Positions 10,601 to 20,180 of a stretch of 64,000 bases of DNA are shown one piece after another; position 1 is the stretch's first letter, and each line of letters opens with the position of its first letter. Below the pieces are notes generated by a model that saw nothing but the letters and a program-made list of their open reading frames with translations, was not told the origin of the DNA and did not search any database. The stretch spans positions 449,350 through 513,349 of the forward strand of contig CAWBHP010000011.1 of the NCBI GenBank assembly GCA_963788685.1, read 5' to 3'. The stretch comes from an uncultured Chloroflexia bacterium (GTDB taxonomy: Bacteria; Chloroflexota; Limnocylindria; Limnocylindrales; CSP1-4). A program made the translations under genes and the position numbers.

Positions 10601-10905
10601 CGAACGCCATCGAGCACGCGCCCGCGTCGAAGACCATCGAGGTCGTGGTGAAGCGGTCGCGCCGGCATGCCGTGATCGAGGTTCGGGACCACGGGCCCGG
10701 CATCGCGAGCGAGGATCTGCGGGCGATGTTCGAGGCGTACACCCGGCTCGGGAAGCCGCACCGGGGGTCAGGCCTGGGGCTCGGCCTGTACGTCGCGCGC
10801 GAAATTGTCACCGCTCACGGCGGTGAGATCGAAGCAACCTCGGTCGTCGGAACCGGCACGGTGCTGACGGTACAAGTTCCTCTCGCGCGCCGGGCGGCCG
10901 GTTAA
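7649..10905 (+). CDS. CheB methylesterase - CheR methyltransferase - PAS - coiled coil - PAS - histidine kinase fusion protein; one frame break
   Basis: Domains in order: CheB (VVIGSSAGGIEAL, TGSGSDGS); CheR (FFRDPKVF, VWSAGCSTGEEAYSLA, LCRNVLIYF); heptad coil (EELETLNEEFQATNEELETLNEEL); HisKA (AAAGHELKTPTAAI); HATPase_c (NLLANAIEHA, DHGPGI, GSGLGLGLYVAREIV). ORFs 7388..9373 and 9286..10905 join near 9280-9300. Start ATG at 7649. Confidence 0.85.
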
Positions 10906-10931
10906 ACTGGCGATCAACCCTGGGGGCGAGG

Positions 10932-11540
10932 ATGATCAGACTGGCGATTGTGGAGGATCACCCGGCGATCGCCGACGGGCTCGCCGCGCTGATCCAGAAG
11001 TCGTCCGGTGTGACGGTCGTGGGAACCGCGCGCGACGTCGCGACCGCGACTGCGCTGATCCAGCGCGAGGCACCGGACGTCGTCCTCTGCGATGTCAAGC
11101 TCTCGGATGCCGGCGACGGGTTCGAGGTCGTCCGGCGGCACACGCCGGGGCCCGCCTTCATCATCCTGAGCTCCTACTGGTATCCCAGCTATCACGTCAG
11201 GGCCGTCGAGCTCGGCGCGAAGGGCTACCTGTCCAAGATGGCGACGGTCGATCAGATCGTGCGGGCGGTCGAGACCGTGGCGGCGGGCGGCAACGCCTTC
11301 CCGGTCGCGGCTCGGCAGGCCGCCAGCGACGCGCTCCGTGTCCCGACCCCGCGCGAGCTGGAGATCCTGGCCCTCGTCGCTGAAGGCCTGGCAAACGCCG
11401 ACATCGCGGAACGGCTCGCCCTCCGGGTCAAGACCGTCGAGAGCCAGCTGCGCCGGTTGTTCGATCGATATGACGTCACGAGCCGCACCGCGCTCGTCCG
11501 GCTGGCGGCCCGCCAGGGCTGGATCGAGGAGGACCGCTAG
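10932..11540 (+). CDS. NarL/LuxR-family response regulator (REC + HTH_LuxR)
   Basis: Intact 202-aa ORF with MIRLAIVEDHPAIADGL...DVVLCDVKL (receiver) and ELEILALVAEGLANADIAERLALRVKTVESQLRRLF (LuxR HTH). Confidence 0.9.
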   Translation: MIRLAIVEDHPAIADGLAALIQKSSGVTVVGTARDVATATALIQREAPDVVLCDVKLSDAGDGFEVVRRHTPGPAFIILSSYWYPSYHVRAVELGAKGYLSKMATVDQIVRAVETVAAGGNAFPVAARQAASDALRVPTPRELEILALVAEGLANADIAERLALRVKTVESQLRRLFDRYDVTSRTALVRLAARQGWIEEDR

Positions 11541-11567
11541 CCGCCACGTGCGGCTAGGCTTGGCGGC

Positions 11568-11979
11568 GTGGCGCGGCTCCGTTTCCCCATCCGGATCGGG
11601 CAACGATCGCGCGGCTTCATCCGCCTCTGGACGGCCCGCCCAGAATCGGCCTACGTCGAGGTGAACGACGAGCTCGACGTCCACTTCGGGCGGCTGCGAC
11701 TCCAAACGCCGATCGCGAACATCGCCTCGTGGCGGATCGAAGGGCCCGTTCCGCTGGATCACCGCGATCGGCGTGCGACGGAGCGTTCGGCACGGCGACG
11801 TGAGTTTTGCCGGCAGTCCCCACGGCGGCGTGCGGATCGACTTCAAGGAGCGGGTGCCGTGGGGATTCATGCGCGTCCCGGCGATCTACGTCGGCGTCGA
11901 CGACCTCGAGGGCCTGGCCGCCGAGCTGGCCCGGCGCGGGATCGCCGGGACCGATGCGCGGGCACGCGTCGTCCGGTAG
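11568..11979 (+). CDS. Hypothetical protein; one frame break
   Basis: ORF 11568..12233 head (MARLRFPIRIGQRSRGFIRLWTARPESAYVEVNDELDVHFGRLRLQTPIANIASWRIEGP) joins ORF 11773..11979 (...VRRSVRHGDVSFAGSPHGGVRIDFKERVPWGFMRVPAIYVGVDDLEGLAAELARRGI) near 11745-11775. No family recognised. Confidence 0.45.
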
Positions 11980-12064
11980 CGGCGGTAGACGTCGGGCTCG
12001 ATCGGGCCGACAAAGGCGGCGAGGCGCTCCCCTTCCCGCTCGACGTCGCGTCGCTCCGCTCGGC

Positions 12065-13090
12065 TCAGCCTGACGAACGGTTCGAGGGCGATTCGCGCCC
12101 TCCCCCGTCGGCTTCGGCCCACCACAGGCCGGCGACGCGACCGTTCACCAGGAATGTCGGCAGCGTGTCGCCATTCCTGGCGGTGACGACCTTGCGGTGT
12201 TCGTCGCCGATCAAACGGGACCGATCGGCGTAGGCGAGCAGGACGCTGTCCCACATCGGCAGGAATCGTGCGGGCGCGTCCACGTCGGCGGCCGGGACGG
12301 GCGCTCCCGCGATGTCGAGCAGCTCCCGGCCATGCTCGTCCGAGTAGCGATGCAGTCCCTCGGCGGCATCGACCCCGGCGACGGCGGGCCGGAGCCGGGC
12401 GATGGCCAGACCAGACCACGCCGCCATGTCGGCCACGGTCGCCGGGCCGAAGGCCCCGAGATAATGGCGTGCGAGGTACTCCAGGGCAGCGTTCTCGCCC
12501 GCGAACGAGGTCTCGCCCAGCCACGAGGACGCGCCGGTCAGGATCGGTCGTCGCCCGAATGACCAGGGGACGGTCGACGGAGCGTGGATCCACGCGGCGT
12601 AGCGCCGGACGAACCACAGCGCGTCGTCCGCCGACATGTCGTCGACGAGGCCGGCAAGATGCTCGCGGAGCTCGGTGTTGGCGCGCGGCCTGCTGGCAAA
12701 GTCAAGGGCGGCCTCCGCGAGGGCATGGATCCGCTCCGGTCCGGGTTCCGGGCCCTGGCCACGGCGGTTGAGCCCGCGCAGCATCGGCAACGTCGCCGGC
12801 AGCAGGTGGAGGTAGTCGTCCCGCGTCACGACATGGAGCGTCGACCGCATGAGCGTGGCCTTGATCACGCGGCGCCGCTGGAACGCCCGGTCCAGCGCGG
12901 CGGGGTCGAACGCGGTCAGGCGCGACCAGAGCGCGAGGTACGGCGACGCGGGCTCCTGGGCCTGCAGGCCACCGATCCGCCTGATGGCGGCGGTCGGTCG
13001 GATGGCGGCTCGTTCGAGAAGGAGCTGCCGGGCGAGCGTGGCGCGATTGAGCCGGTCCCGGGAAAGGACCTCGTGCTGCGTTCGTCGCAC
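12065..13090 (-). CDS. Winged-helix DNA-binding protein, YcaQ/DUF1006-like (DNA glycosylase family)
   Basis: N-terminus ...LSRDRLNRATLARQLLLERA and overall length fit the YcaQ-like family. The GTG at 13090 lies 2 nt after the upstream stop. The family assignment is from memory, not searched. Confidence 0.6.
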   Translation of the reverse strand: MRRTQHEVLSRDRLNRATLARQLLLERAAIRPTAAIRRIGGLQAQEPASPYLALWSRLTAFDPAALDRAFQRRRVIKATLMRSTLHVVTRDDYLHLLPATLPMLRGLNRRGQGPEPGPERIHALAEAALDFASRPRANTELREHLAGLVDDMSADDALWFVRRYAAWIHAPSTVPWSFGRRPILTGASSWLGETSFAGENAALEYLARHYLGAFGPATVADMAAWSGLAIARLRPAVAGVDAAEGLHRYSDEHGRELLDIAGAPVPAADVDAPARFLPMWDSVLLAYADRSRLIGDEHRKVVTARNGDTLPTFLVNGRVAGLWWAEADGGGRESPSNRSSG

Positions 13091-13092
13091 CG

Positions 13093-14298
13093 CTACGGGC
13101 TCGTCGGACCCGCGGCGGTCGACAGCTCGCCGGCCCGGAACGTTGCGATGAGCCGGGTGTAGTCGGCCAGCCCTCGCTCGTAGCCCACGGCCCACAGTCC
13201 GGCTCCGGCCAACCCGCGGGCGTCGGCCAGGGCGAGCTTGGGGGTCAGGCTCGTCGGCGAGTCGAAATAGATCGCCCGCCAGCCGTCGCCGTCGGGCACT
13301 GCCAGGTGCTCGACCATCTCGAGCAGGTCAAGTGTGGGCACGAGGGTCCGATCGCGCAGCGTCGCGAGGTTGTCACCAGGGACCCAGACGGACCCACGAC
13401 CGCTCCTCGTGGCTCCCAGCTCCGGTCCGACGACGGGCCAGCTCATCCCGTAGAGCGGGAGGCCGAGGATCGTCCGTTCCGCCGGGACGCCGGCATCCCG
13501 GTAGAGGTCAAGCGACCAGGCGAGGTCCTTCTCGCTGCCGTCACGCCGATCGAGCGGCGCCGAGGCACCGGGCTCGGAGCCGGACCAGTGGTAGTCATAG
13601 CCCATCATGAAGATCCGATCGGCGCCGCTCGCCGCGGCGGCGACCGCCATCGACATTCCACTGATGTTGGCCTGCGTTGCCACCGAGACCTGGCCGTCGC
13701 CGTCGACGGCGCGGATCGCGGACCTCAGGCGGCCGACGAACTCGCCGTATGCCCGGACGTGCTCCGGCGCCAGCAGCTCGACGTCGACGTTGATCCCGTC
13801 GACGCCCAGATCGGCGGCGAGGGCGACGAGCTCTGCGATCGTCCGATCCTGGGCCTCGGGCGCGCTGAAGAACGCGGCGTTCTTGCCTCGGCCGAACGAG
13901 GTGTAGACGAGCTCGACGCGGACACCCCGTTCGTGCGCCCCGGCGATGAGCTCGCGGCCGATCGGGCCGTCGATCCTCTTGTATCCCCGCTCCCCCGCCG
14001 CGAGTGCCCCATCCTTCTTGTGGGTGACCGAGAACAGCGCGAGGGTCGTGAGGTCCGTCCCTGCCAGGTGATCGGCAATCCCGGCGTCCATCTCCCAGTA
14101 CGGCACGTACCCGTACACCTCGTGACCCGGGATCGGGATGGGGATCGCGGTCCGCTCGGGCGGGTTTGCCGTGCCGATACCCGGCGCGACGCCGCTCAGA
14201 TCGGATCGGTCGGCAGCCGGACGCGACAGCACGAAAATGAATGCCGAGGTGACGGCGAGCGCGGCAAGAAGCGCCGCGACGAGCGGCCGTCGGGTCAT
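13093..14298 (-). CDS. Exported glycoside hydrolase family 18 (chitinase/peptidoglycan hydrolase-like)
   Basis: Signal/anchor MTRRPLVAALLAALAVTSAFIFVL. GH18 catalytic motif DGINVDVE (DxxDxDxE type). Otherwise intact ORF. Confidence 0.8.
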   Translation of the reverse strand: MTRRPLVAALLAALAVTSAFIFVLSRPAADRSDLSGVAPGIGTANPPERTAIPIPIPGHEVYGYVPYWEMDAGIADHLAGTDLTTLALFSVTHKKDGALAAGERGYKRIDGPIGRELIAGAHERGVRVELVYTSFGRGKNAAFFSAPEAQDRTIAELVALAADLGVDGINVDVELLAPEHVRAYGEFVGRLRSAIRAVDGDGQVSVATQANISGMSMAVAAAASGADRIFMMGYDYHWSGSEPGASAPLDRRDGSEKDLAWSLDLYRDAGVPAERTILGLPLYGMSWPVVGPELGATRSGRGSVWVPGDNLATLRDRTLVPTLDLLEMVEHLAVPDGDGWRAIYFDSPTSLTPKLALADARGLAGAGLWAVGYERGLADYTRLIATFRAGELSTAAGPTSP

Positions 14299-14460
14299 GC
14301 GACAAGCGTGGGTCGCGATCGCCACGCGGTCAAGCGGGCCAGTCGCGAGCCTCTCGCACAACCTTGAAATCGACCACGAATGCGACGGGAATCACCGCGG
14401 GAGGGACTACACTGCAGTTGGCCGTGCACACTGCCCGGCCGCCGACCGAAGCGAGGATCG

Positions 14461-14718
14461 ATGACAAAGCACTCAAAGCTGGAGCGCGAACGGCGCGCTC
14501 GAGAGTCCGAACGGGTCAAGGAAATCGAAGACGCGTGGATGAAGAGCCTGCCGGCAGCGACCGCCGAGGCGTTCGCGAGGTCTGTCAAGGCCGCCCGGGA
14601 GCGCCCGCCGCGCGAACGACCGGCCGATATGGCCAAGGGCACGTTGCCGCGTCCGCCGCGTCCGGGCCACGAGCCGCGGCCACCGAAGGACACCGGGCGT
14701 CCCGAGCGGGGCCGCTAG
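14461..14718 (+). CDS. Small highly charged hypothetical protein (85 aa)
   Basis: ATG at 14461 preceded by GAGGAT. Sequence MTKHSKLERERRARESERVKEIEDAWMKSLPAATAEAF..., with a Pro/Arg-rich tail. Coding status is uncertain in a GC-rich background. Confidence 0.4.
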   Translation: MTKHSKLERERRARESERVKEIEDAWMKSLPAATAEAFARSVKAARERPPRERPADMAKGTLPRPPRPGHEPRPPKDTGRPERGR

Positions 14719-14766
14719 CCACCGTCACCCGGCCATCTACTGCTGAAGCGAGGAACCACCGATACC

Positions 14767-15072
14767 GTGCGAAAGCGCAAGGTCACCTATCCCACGCCAC
14801 GCAACAAGAAGGCACCACCGCCCAGCGACACGCCGGAGCCCATCTACGTGCGACCGACAGTCGTCGCGATTGACATGAGGGCTGCCTCCGGCCGAGATCT
14901 CGCGATCGGCGATCGCGTTCGGATCATCGGTTCGGGCCTGTACACCGGCGAGACAGCGGTCGTCGAGTCGCTCCCGGGCGGAGTCATCCCCTCGGCGCTC
15001 GTGCGAACCGAGGCCGGACGAACCCGCCGCGTCCGGACGATCGATCTCGAGCGAGTCACCGCCGAAGGGTGA
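14767..15072 (+). CDS. Hypothetical protein with KOW-like segment (101 aa)
   Basis: GTG start. IGDRVRIIGSGLYTGETAVVESL resembles a KOW/SH3-like motif. No family confirmed. Confidence 0.4.
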   Translation: MRKRKVTYPTPRNKKAPPPSDTPEPIYVRPTVVAIDMRAASGRDLAIGDRVRIIGSGLYTGETAVVESLPGGVIPSALVRTEAGRTRRVRTIDLERVTAEG

Positions 15073-15141
15073 CCTCCGGCCGCCCGGATTGAGGGAATCC
15101 ATCGGCTTCGCCGAACGGGTTCCGCCCACTACCCTCCGACG

Positions 15142-15757
15142 ATGATCCGCCTAGCGGTCGTCGACGATCACCCCGCGATCCTGGCCGCAATCGCCGACGC
15201 TGCGAGCGTCCCGGCCTGGGATCGAGGTCGTGGGCCGCGCGACGGACGTCGATGCCGCGATCGAGCTCCTCGAGCGGACCCGGCCCGACGTCGTGGTCTG
15301 CGATGTCTGGATCGGCGGCCAGCCCGGCGGTCTGCAGCTCGTAAAGCGATTCGGTGGCGGCCGCGGACCGCTGATGCTCATGCTGAGCGGCTTCGAGCAA
15401 CCGAGCTTCCTGCGGGCGGCATTCGAGGCCGGCGCCGCCGGCTACCTGTCGAAGGCGAGCGAGATCGACGAGATCCTCGCGGCCGTCGAAGCCGTCGCCG
15501 CCGGCGAGACCCGCTTCCCGGCCGTGACGCTGAGCGCACTCCGCGACGCGCCCCGCCCGCCGAGCGCCCGGGAACTCGAGGCGCTGCGCCTGCTGGCCCG
15601 AGGCGCGACGAACGACGAGATCGCCGTCGGGCTGGGGATCAGCATCAAGACCGTCGAGAGCCACCTCCGCCGGCTGTTCGGCCGGTACGGCGTGCTCAGC
15701 CGGACGGAACTGGCGCTCCTCGCCGTGCGCGAAGGCTGGCTGGGGAACGACGCGTGA
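15142..15757 (+). CDS. NarL/LuxR-family response regulator; one frame break
   Basis: MIRLAVVDDHPAILAAIADAASVP (ORF 15142..) joins ORF 15230..15757 (GIEVVGRATDVDAAIELLERTRPDVVVCDVWI...ELEALRLLARGATNDEIAVGLGISIKTVESHLRRLF) near 15210-15225. Confidence 0.85.
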
Positions 15758-17129
15758 CCAGCGAGTCCGCGGATGCCGTGGACGCCGGCTGGATCGAACC
15801 GGCCAGCGCGACGGTCGCCCGGCGTCGGCTCTCGGGCCGCTTCCGCGTGGCGTTCATCGGTGCGGTGGCGGTGGTCGGGCTCGGGATCGGCCTCGTCCTC
15901 TTCGCGCCGCCGGCCCATCCGGACGACCTCGTGCCAGTCCTCATCGCGGTCGGCGCCCTGTGTCTCGCGATCCTCGCCCGACATCGCGCGGCCGGCCTCG
16001 CCTGGGCCTCGCTCGTGGTCGCGTCGCTGGCGGCGTCGAGCATCCCGATCTCGCTCTCCCGCGGTGCCGACCCCGGGGTCATCGGGCTCGACGAGTGGCT
16101 TGTCGTCGCGGGTCGTTCGAGCGCGGCGGCGATCGTGACCATGGCGATCGCCGCGCTCTACGCGACCCGCCCGGAGCGGCCGGCCGCCCGCCAGGTCCGG
16201 ACCCTCGCGATGCTGCTCGTCGCGTGGCTCTCCGCCGGGCTGCCTCGTGATCGTCATCCTCGTCATCGTCGGGGCTCGGCTACGACCCGGCATTGACGTG
16301 GGTCGACATCGCGACGGGCCCGACGGCGCTCTTCCGGCTGGTCGTCCTGCTCCTGGCCGCCTTCGGGGTCGCCGGGGACATCCGGGCAGCCGCCAGCCGC
16401 GCCGATGCCCGCCTCGCTGGCGCCGGCGACGTCGGGGACGGCAACCTTCGCCGCCTCCCGCTCGCCGATCGTCTCCGGGCGACCCTGCGCGAGCTGGTCC
16501 CGGGCGAGGCGGACGCGGGTGCCGCGGCGATCGATGCCGAACGAATACGACTGGCCGGCGACCTGCATGCGGTCGTGCTGCCGTCGCTCCGCCGGGCGAT
16601 AGCCGAGGTCGAAGCCGGCGGACCCGCCGAGACCCTGGCCCAACGCCTCCGCGCCGTGGATCTCGAGCTCGAGCGGATCATGGCCGATCGCTGGCCGCTC
16701 GTCCTCGAGACGTTTGGACTCGTCGAGGCCCTCGAGGACCTCGCCGAGCGGACCGAAGCCGAGGCGGGCGTCCAGGTCGGTCTCGAGATCGTCGGTCAGG
16801 AGATCGATGCCGCCGCCGGCCGGCCCCGGCCCGACATCGAGCGAACGGCGTGGCGGATCGCCCAGGTCGCCCTCGACAACGCCGTCCGCCACGCGGCGGC
16901 TCGGGAGATCTCGATGAGCGTGTCGGTGTCGTCCCAACGGGTCGGGCTGGAAATCGCCGATGACGGGCGCGGCTTCACCGCCGCGGCCGCCGCCGACGCC
17001 GTCCGATCGGGCTCGCGGGGCCTGGTCGACCTGGTCCGGCGGGCGTCAGCGGTCGGCGGGTCGCTCACCATCGACTCGAAAGAACCGAGCGGCACGATCG
17101 TGCGTTTCGACTGGCCGGCCCGGGGCTGA
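15754..17129 (+). CDS. Membrane sensor histidine kinase (HisKA_3/NarX-DesK type); one frame break
   Basis: The GTG overlaps the regulator stop (GTGA). Five to six TM helices are followed by ERIRLAGDLHAVVLPSL (phosphoacceptor His) and HATPase_c (ALDNAVRHA, ADDGRGF, GSRGLVDLVRRASAVGG). The tail of ORF 15142..16296 joins ORF 16293..17129 near 16240-16295. Confidence 0.8.
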
Positions 17130-17271
17130 GCGGCGACGCAACGACCGGCGGCGCAACCGGGACAGACGTCCTGCCTCCCGGTGGCGATATGTCGATGGAA
17201 TGAATGCGGTGGCGGCGTGAAGATCGTTGACATGGACCGATGGTCCACAACGAACCACACTGGAGAAGATC

Positions 17272-17988
17272 GTGTTCGCGTCCGTTCGGCTAACCGCCAT
17301 CGCCCTCGCCGTCGTGGCGATGCTGGCAGCGGCCCCCGTCTCCGCCCTGGCGGCCGACGCCGGCGCGCGCGGCCCGAGCGTCGGGGCGCGACCCGTAACG
17401 GGACCCTGGACCGGCAGCGTCAGCATCTGGCGCTCGAGCGCGTTCGCGTCGCAGGCGACCACCTCGTGGTGCACGGCGGCCGCGACGCAGATGATGCTCA
17501 ACCTCGTTCTCGATCGATCCCGCACGAGCGCGACCGAGCAGCGAGCGATCGTCACGTACGAGCAGGCGAACGACAGCCTCGCGGTCTCGAAGGGCTCGGA
17601 CCCGCAGGGCTGGGCGGCCGCCATGCGACATTTCGGCACGTCGCGGACGTCGACGTACCACTGGGAGCGGCACGGATCGTACGCGGCGGCGCTTCGGGCC
17701 GCGGCCTATGACCTGCGGATGACCGGCAAGCCGGTCGGTCTCCTCGTCCTCAACGGCAAACACGCCAACGTCCTCGTCGGGTTCACGGCGACGAGCGACC
17801 CGGCGCTCGGTGGCAACTTCACGGTGACGTCGGCCCAGATCGTCGGCCCGTGGTACCCCCGACCGGATGTCGATCCGGCGCCCGGCACGTGGCTCTCGTC
17901 GGCGAGCCTGGCGTCGCGATTCACGCGTTATGCGGAACGAGACGGCCTGGCCGATTGGGTCGGGTACTGGGTGATCGTCACGCCGTAG
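17272..17988 (+). CDS. Exported papain-fold (peptidase C39-like) putative cysteine peptidase, paralog of 3531..4551
   Basis: Signal peptide VFASVRLTAIALAVVAMLAAAPVSALA, with GGAGA 6 nt before the GTG at 17272 (the ORF track starts at TTG 17227). Shares WCTAA, DPQGW, H..VLVGFTATSDP and F.VTS..IVGP with the 3531..4551 protein. Confidence 0.65.
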   Translation: MFASVRLTAIALAVVAMLAAAPVSALAADAGARGPSVGARPVTGPWTGSVSIWRSSAFASQATTSWCTAAATQMMLNLVLDRSRTSATEQRAIVTYEQANDSLAVSKGSDPQGWAAAMRHFGTSRTSTYHWERHGSYAAALRAAAYDLRMTGKPVGLLVLNGKHANVLVGFTATSDPALGGNFTVTSAQIVGPWYPRPDVDPAPGTWLSSASLASRFTRYAERDGLADWVGYWVIVTP

Positions 17989-17997
17989 CGACGCGAA

Positions 17998-18028
17998 GAG
18001 CCCGGCATGCGCGATGCATACCGGGCTC
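17998..18028. terminator. GC-rich hairpin between convergent genes (candidate terminator without U tract)
   Basis: GAGCCCGG (17998-18005) pairs with CCGGGCTC (18021-18028), 10 nt after the stop at 17988. Confidence 0.4.
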
Positions 18029-18073
18029 GTCGGTCGATCGCCTGGCGGGCCTCCGCCAAGGGCTAGCTGGGGT

Positions 18074-18747
18074 CTAGCCGGAGTAGAAATCCGTCACGAG
18101 GCGGACGCGCCCGGACGTTTTCCAGATGCCGATCCCGATCCACTTGAACTTGTAGTTCTTGAGGTTCCGCCAATGGCCGCCGTTCGACGACTTCTCATTC
18201 TGGAAGTAGAGATGAGAGGCGAGAACGGCAGGGCCCGCATAGCGGTACCCGGATCGGCAGCCGATGTTTTCGCCCCAGCTGTACGCGTTGTACCCGGCCT
18301 TGCGCAGCCGGTCGCCGGGATTTCCCTTGAGGAAGTGGCTGCACTGGTTCGTATCGGCGAGATACCTCGCATACGGACGAGCAACCAGGTCCGAAATCCC
18401 CGCGGTGTAGCGGAGAGGCGAGACATACGCGCTGTAGCGCCCACTGCCGTAGCCACGGCAAGTGCCATCGTTCAGGACCCATCCGCCGGTGCGGGTGCAG
18501 TTCACGAGCCCCAGGTAGTAGAGCTCCTCGGCGTACCAATACTTGGCAACAGCCGATGTGGTGATCGTCACCGTCGACGGGATCCGGACGGTCGTCCGGG
18601 AGGTAGCTGCGGCCGGTGCGGCGATGAGCGAGGCCAGCAGCGAGGCCGCTACGAGCGACCCAAGGAGCGTTCGCGAACGCGAGCGAGACGCAGATTGATG
18701 ATAAGACGAGGTTTCGCGGCGAGACGCCCTCTGGGCGCCGATTGTTG
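18074..18747 (-). CDS. Exported CAP/SCP (cysteine-rich secretory protein) domain protein
   Basis: TTG at 18747 preceded by GAGGAGG. Signal peptide ...SRSRTLLGSLVAASLLASLIAAPAAA. The C-terminal half (SHFLKGNPGDRL...YSWGENIG...HLYFQNEKSSNGGHWRNLKNYKFKWIGIGIW) is CAP-like. Visibly more A/T-ending codons than neighbouring genes. Confidence 0.7.
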
Positions 18748-19187
18748 GAACACGCAAGACCCGTGCCTCCTCTCTCCCGGAACGCCGTGCATGACCACGA
18801 GCGACGGTGGATGAGTCGTGCCGGCAGGCGCGGGGACGGGACGGGGCTCCCACGGCGTGGGCAACTCGGGCCGGTGAGCGGCCTGAGGGCGACCCGGTGA
18901 GCGGGTCAGGGTGACTGCCGGAGCGACGTGTGTGGTTTTCAGCCTTCTGGGTGGGCGGAAACCCCGGATAGGAGAAGTATGCCCCTTCGATGCAAGGGGT
19001 GCATCCCCCGGATGGCCCAGACGTCGTGGTCCGAAGGGCATGGGCCAAAGGCCGTACCCCTGGTCCCGGGCAGCCGAACGCCCGGTGCCGACGGGCACCG
19101 TTCCGTCCGCTGCAGCTTGACTCGGCCGCCCGCCGGAGCTAGACAGGTGAGCAACGCCCAACCCCCAGCACAGCCGGAGGCTTCCCC

Positions 19188-20165
19188 GTGCGTCGTCGTT
19201 CCCCGCTCGCCCTCCTCGCCCTTCTCGCCGCGCTCGCCATCGTCGCCATCCCGGCGCTGGCCGCACCTGTCGGCGCCGCCGGGCCGACCGTTTCGCGTCA
19301 CGACCAGATCGTCGCGTTCTGGACGCCGGGCCGGCTCCGGTCTGCCACCCCGCGTGATTTCGACCGATCCGGCGGGAAGTTCGAGCCGAAGGGCAAGCCG
19401 GGAGGCGGGGCCGGCACCGGCGCCTCGTGGACGAAGGGCGGGGCCATCCTCAAGGGCTCCGGCAAGGTCTACTTCGTCATGGGCTCATCGGCCTACGTCT
19501 GCTCCGGATCGGTCGCGACCGACGCGCGGAGCGGGAAGTCACTGGTCCTGACCGCCGGACACTGCGCCTACGACGAGGTCGCCCGGGCGTTCGCGACGAA
19601 CTGGCTGTTCATCCCGGAGTTCGACTCCGCGCCGACGTTCACCTGCGCCAACACGGCGTACGGCTGCTGGACGGCCGAGGCCCTCGTCGTCCATCGGGGC
19701 TACGCGACCGCCGGCGGCTTCAATACCCAGGCGACCGTTCACGACTTCGCGTTCGCGGTCGTCGGAGGCGGTGGCAAATCGGGCACGGCGCAGCTCGATG
19801 CGACCGTCGGCTCGTTCCCGATCAGCTTCTCGGCGACGAGCGCCGGCAACACCCTCTATGCCTTTGGCTATCCGGCGGCCGGCAAGTATCGGGGCAAGGA
19901 TCTCGTCTACTGCGCCGGGCCCATCTTCACCGACGCCCTCAACGATGACCTGACCTGGGGCATGGCCTGCGGGATGACCGGTGGCTCATCCGGCGGCCCG
20001 TGGCTGAAGGGATTCAGCGAGGCGACGGGCAGCGGCACGCTCAACTCTCTGAACTCCTACGGCTACAGCGGCCTGAAGAACATGTACGGTCCGAAATTCA
20101 ACGGCAACACCCAGGCGGTCTACAACGCCGCCAATAGCGCGACGGCCAACACGATCGTCAACTGA
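19188..20165 (+). CDS. Exported trypsin-like (S1) serine protease
   Basis: GGAGG 9 nt before the GTG at 19188. Signal peptide MRRRSPLALLALLAALAIVAIPALA. Catalytic His LTAGHCAY and Ser GMTGGSSGGPWL. Confidence 0.85.
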   Translation: MRRRSPLALLALLAALAIVAIPALAAPVGAAGPTVSRHDQIVAFWTPGRLRSATPRDFDRSGGKFEPKGKPGGGAGTGASWTKGGAILKGSGKVYFVMGSSAYVCSGSVATDARSGKSLVLTAGHCAYDEVARAFATNWLFIPEFDSAPTFTCANTAYGCWTAEALVVHRGYATAGGFNTQATVHDFAFAVVGGGGKSGTAQLDATVGSFPISFSATSAGNTLYAFGYPAAGKYRGKDLVYCAGPIFTDALNDDLTWGMACGMTGGSSGGPWLKGFSEATGSGTLNSLNSYGYSGLKNMYGPKFNGNTQAVYNAANSATANTIVN

Positions 20166-20180
20166 CCCCGGCATCGCCGT

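Noticed and set aside
18748-19187. ydaO/c-di-AMP riboswitch upstream of the exported protease
   Set aside because: I could not find the conserved GGGGACCCA, GGGGTGAATC or CCGAACCCG...AGCTAACC cores. Only generic GC-rich hairpins are present.
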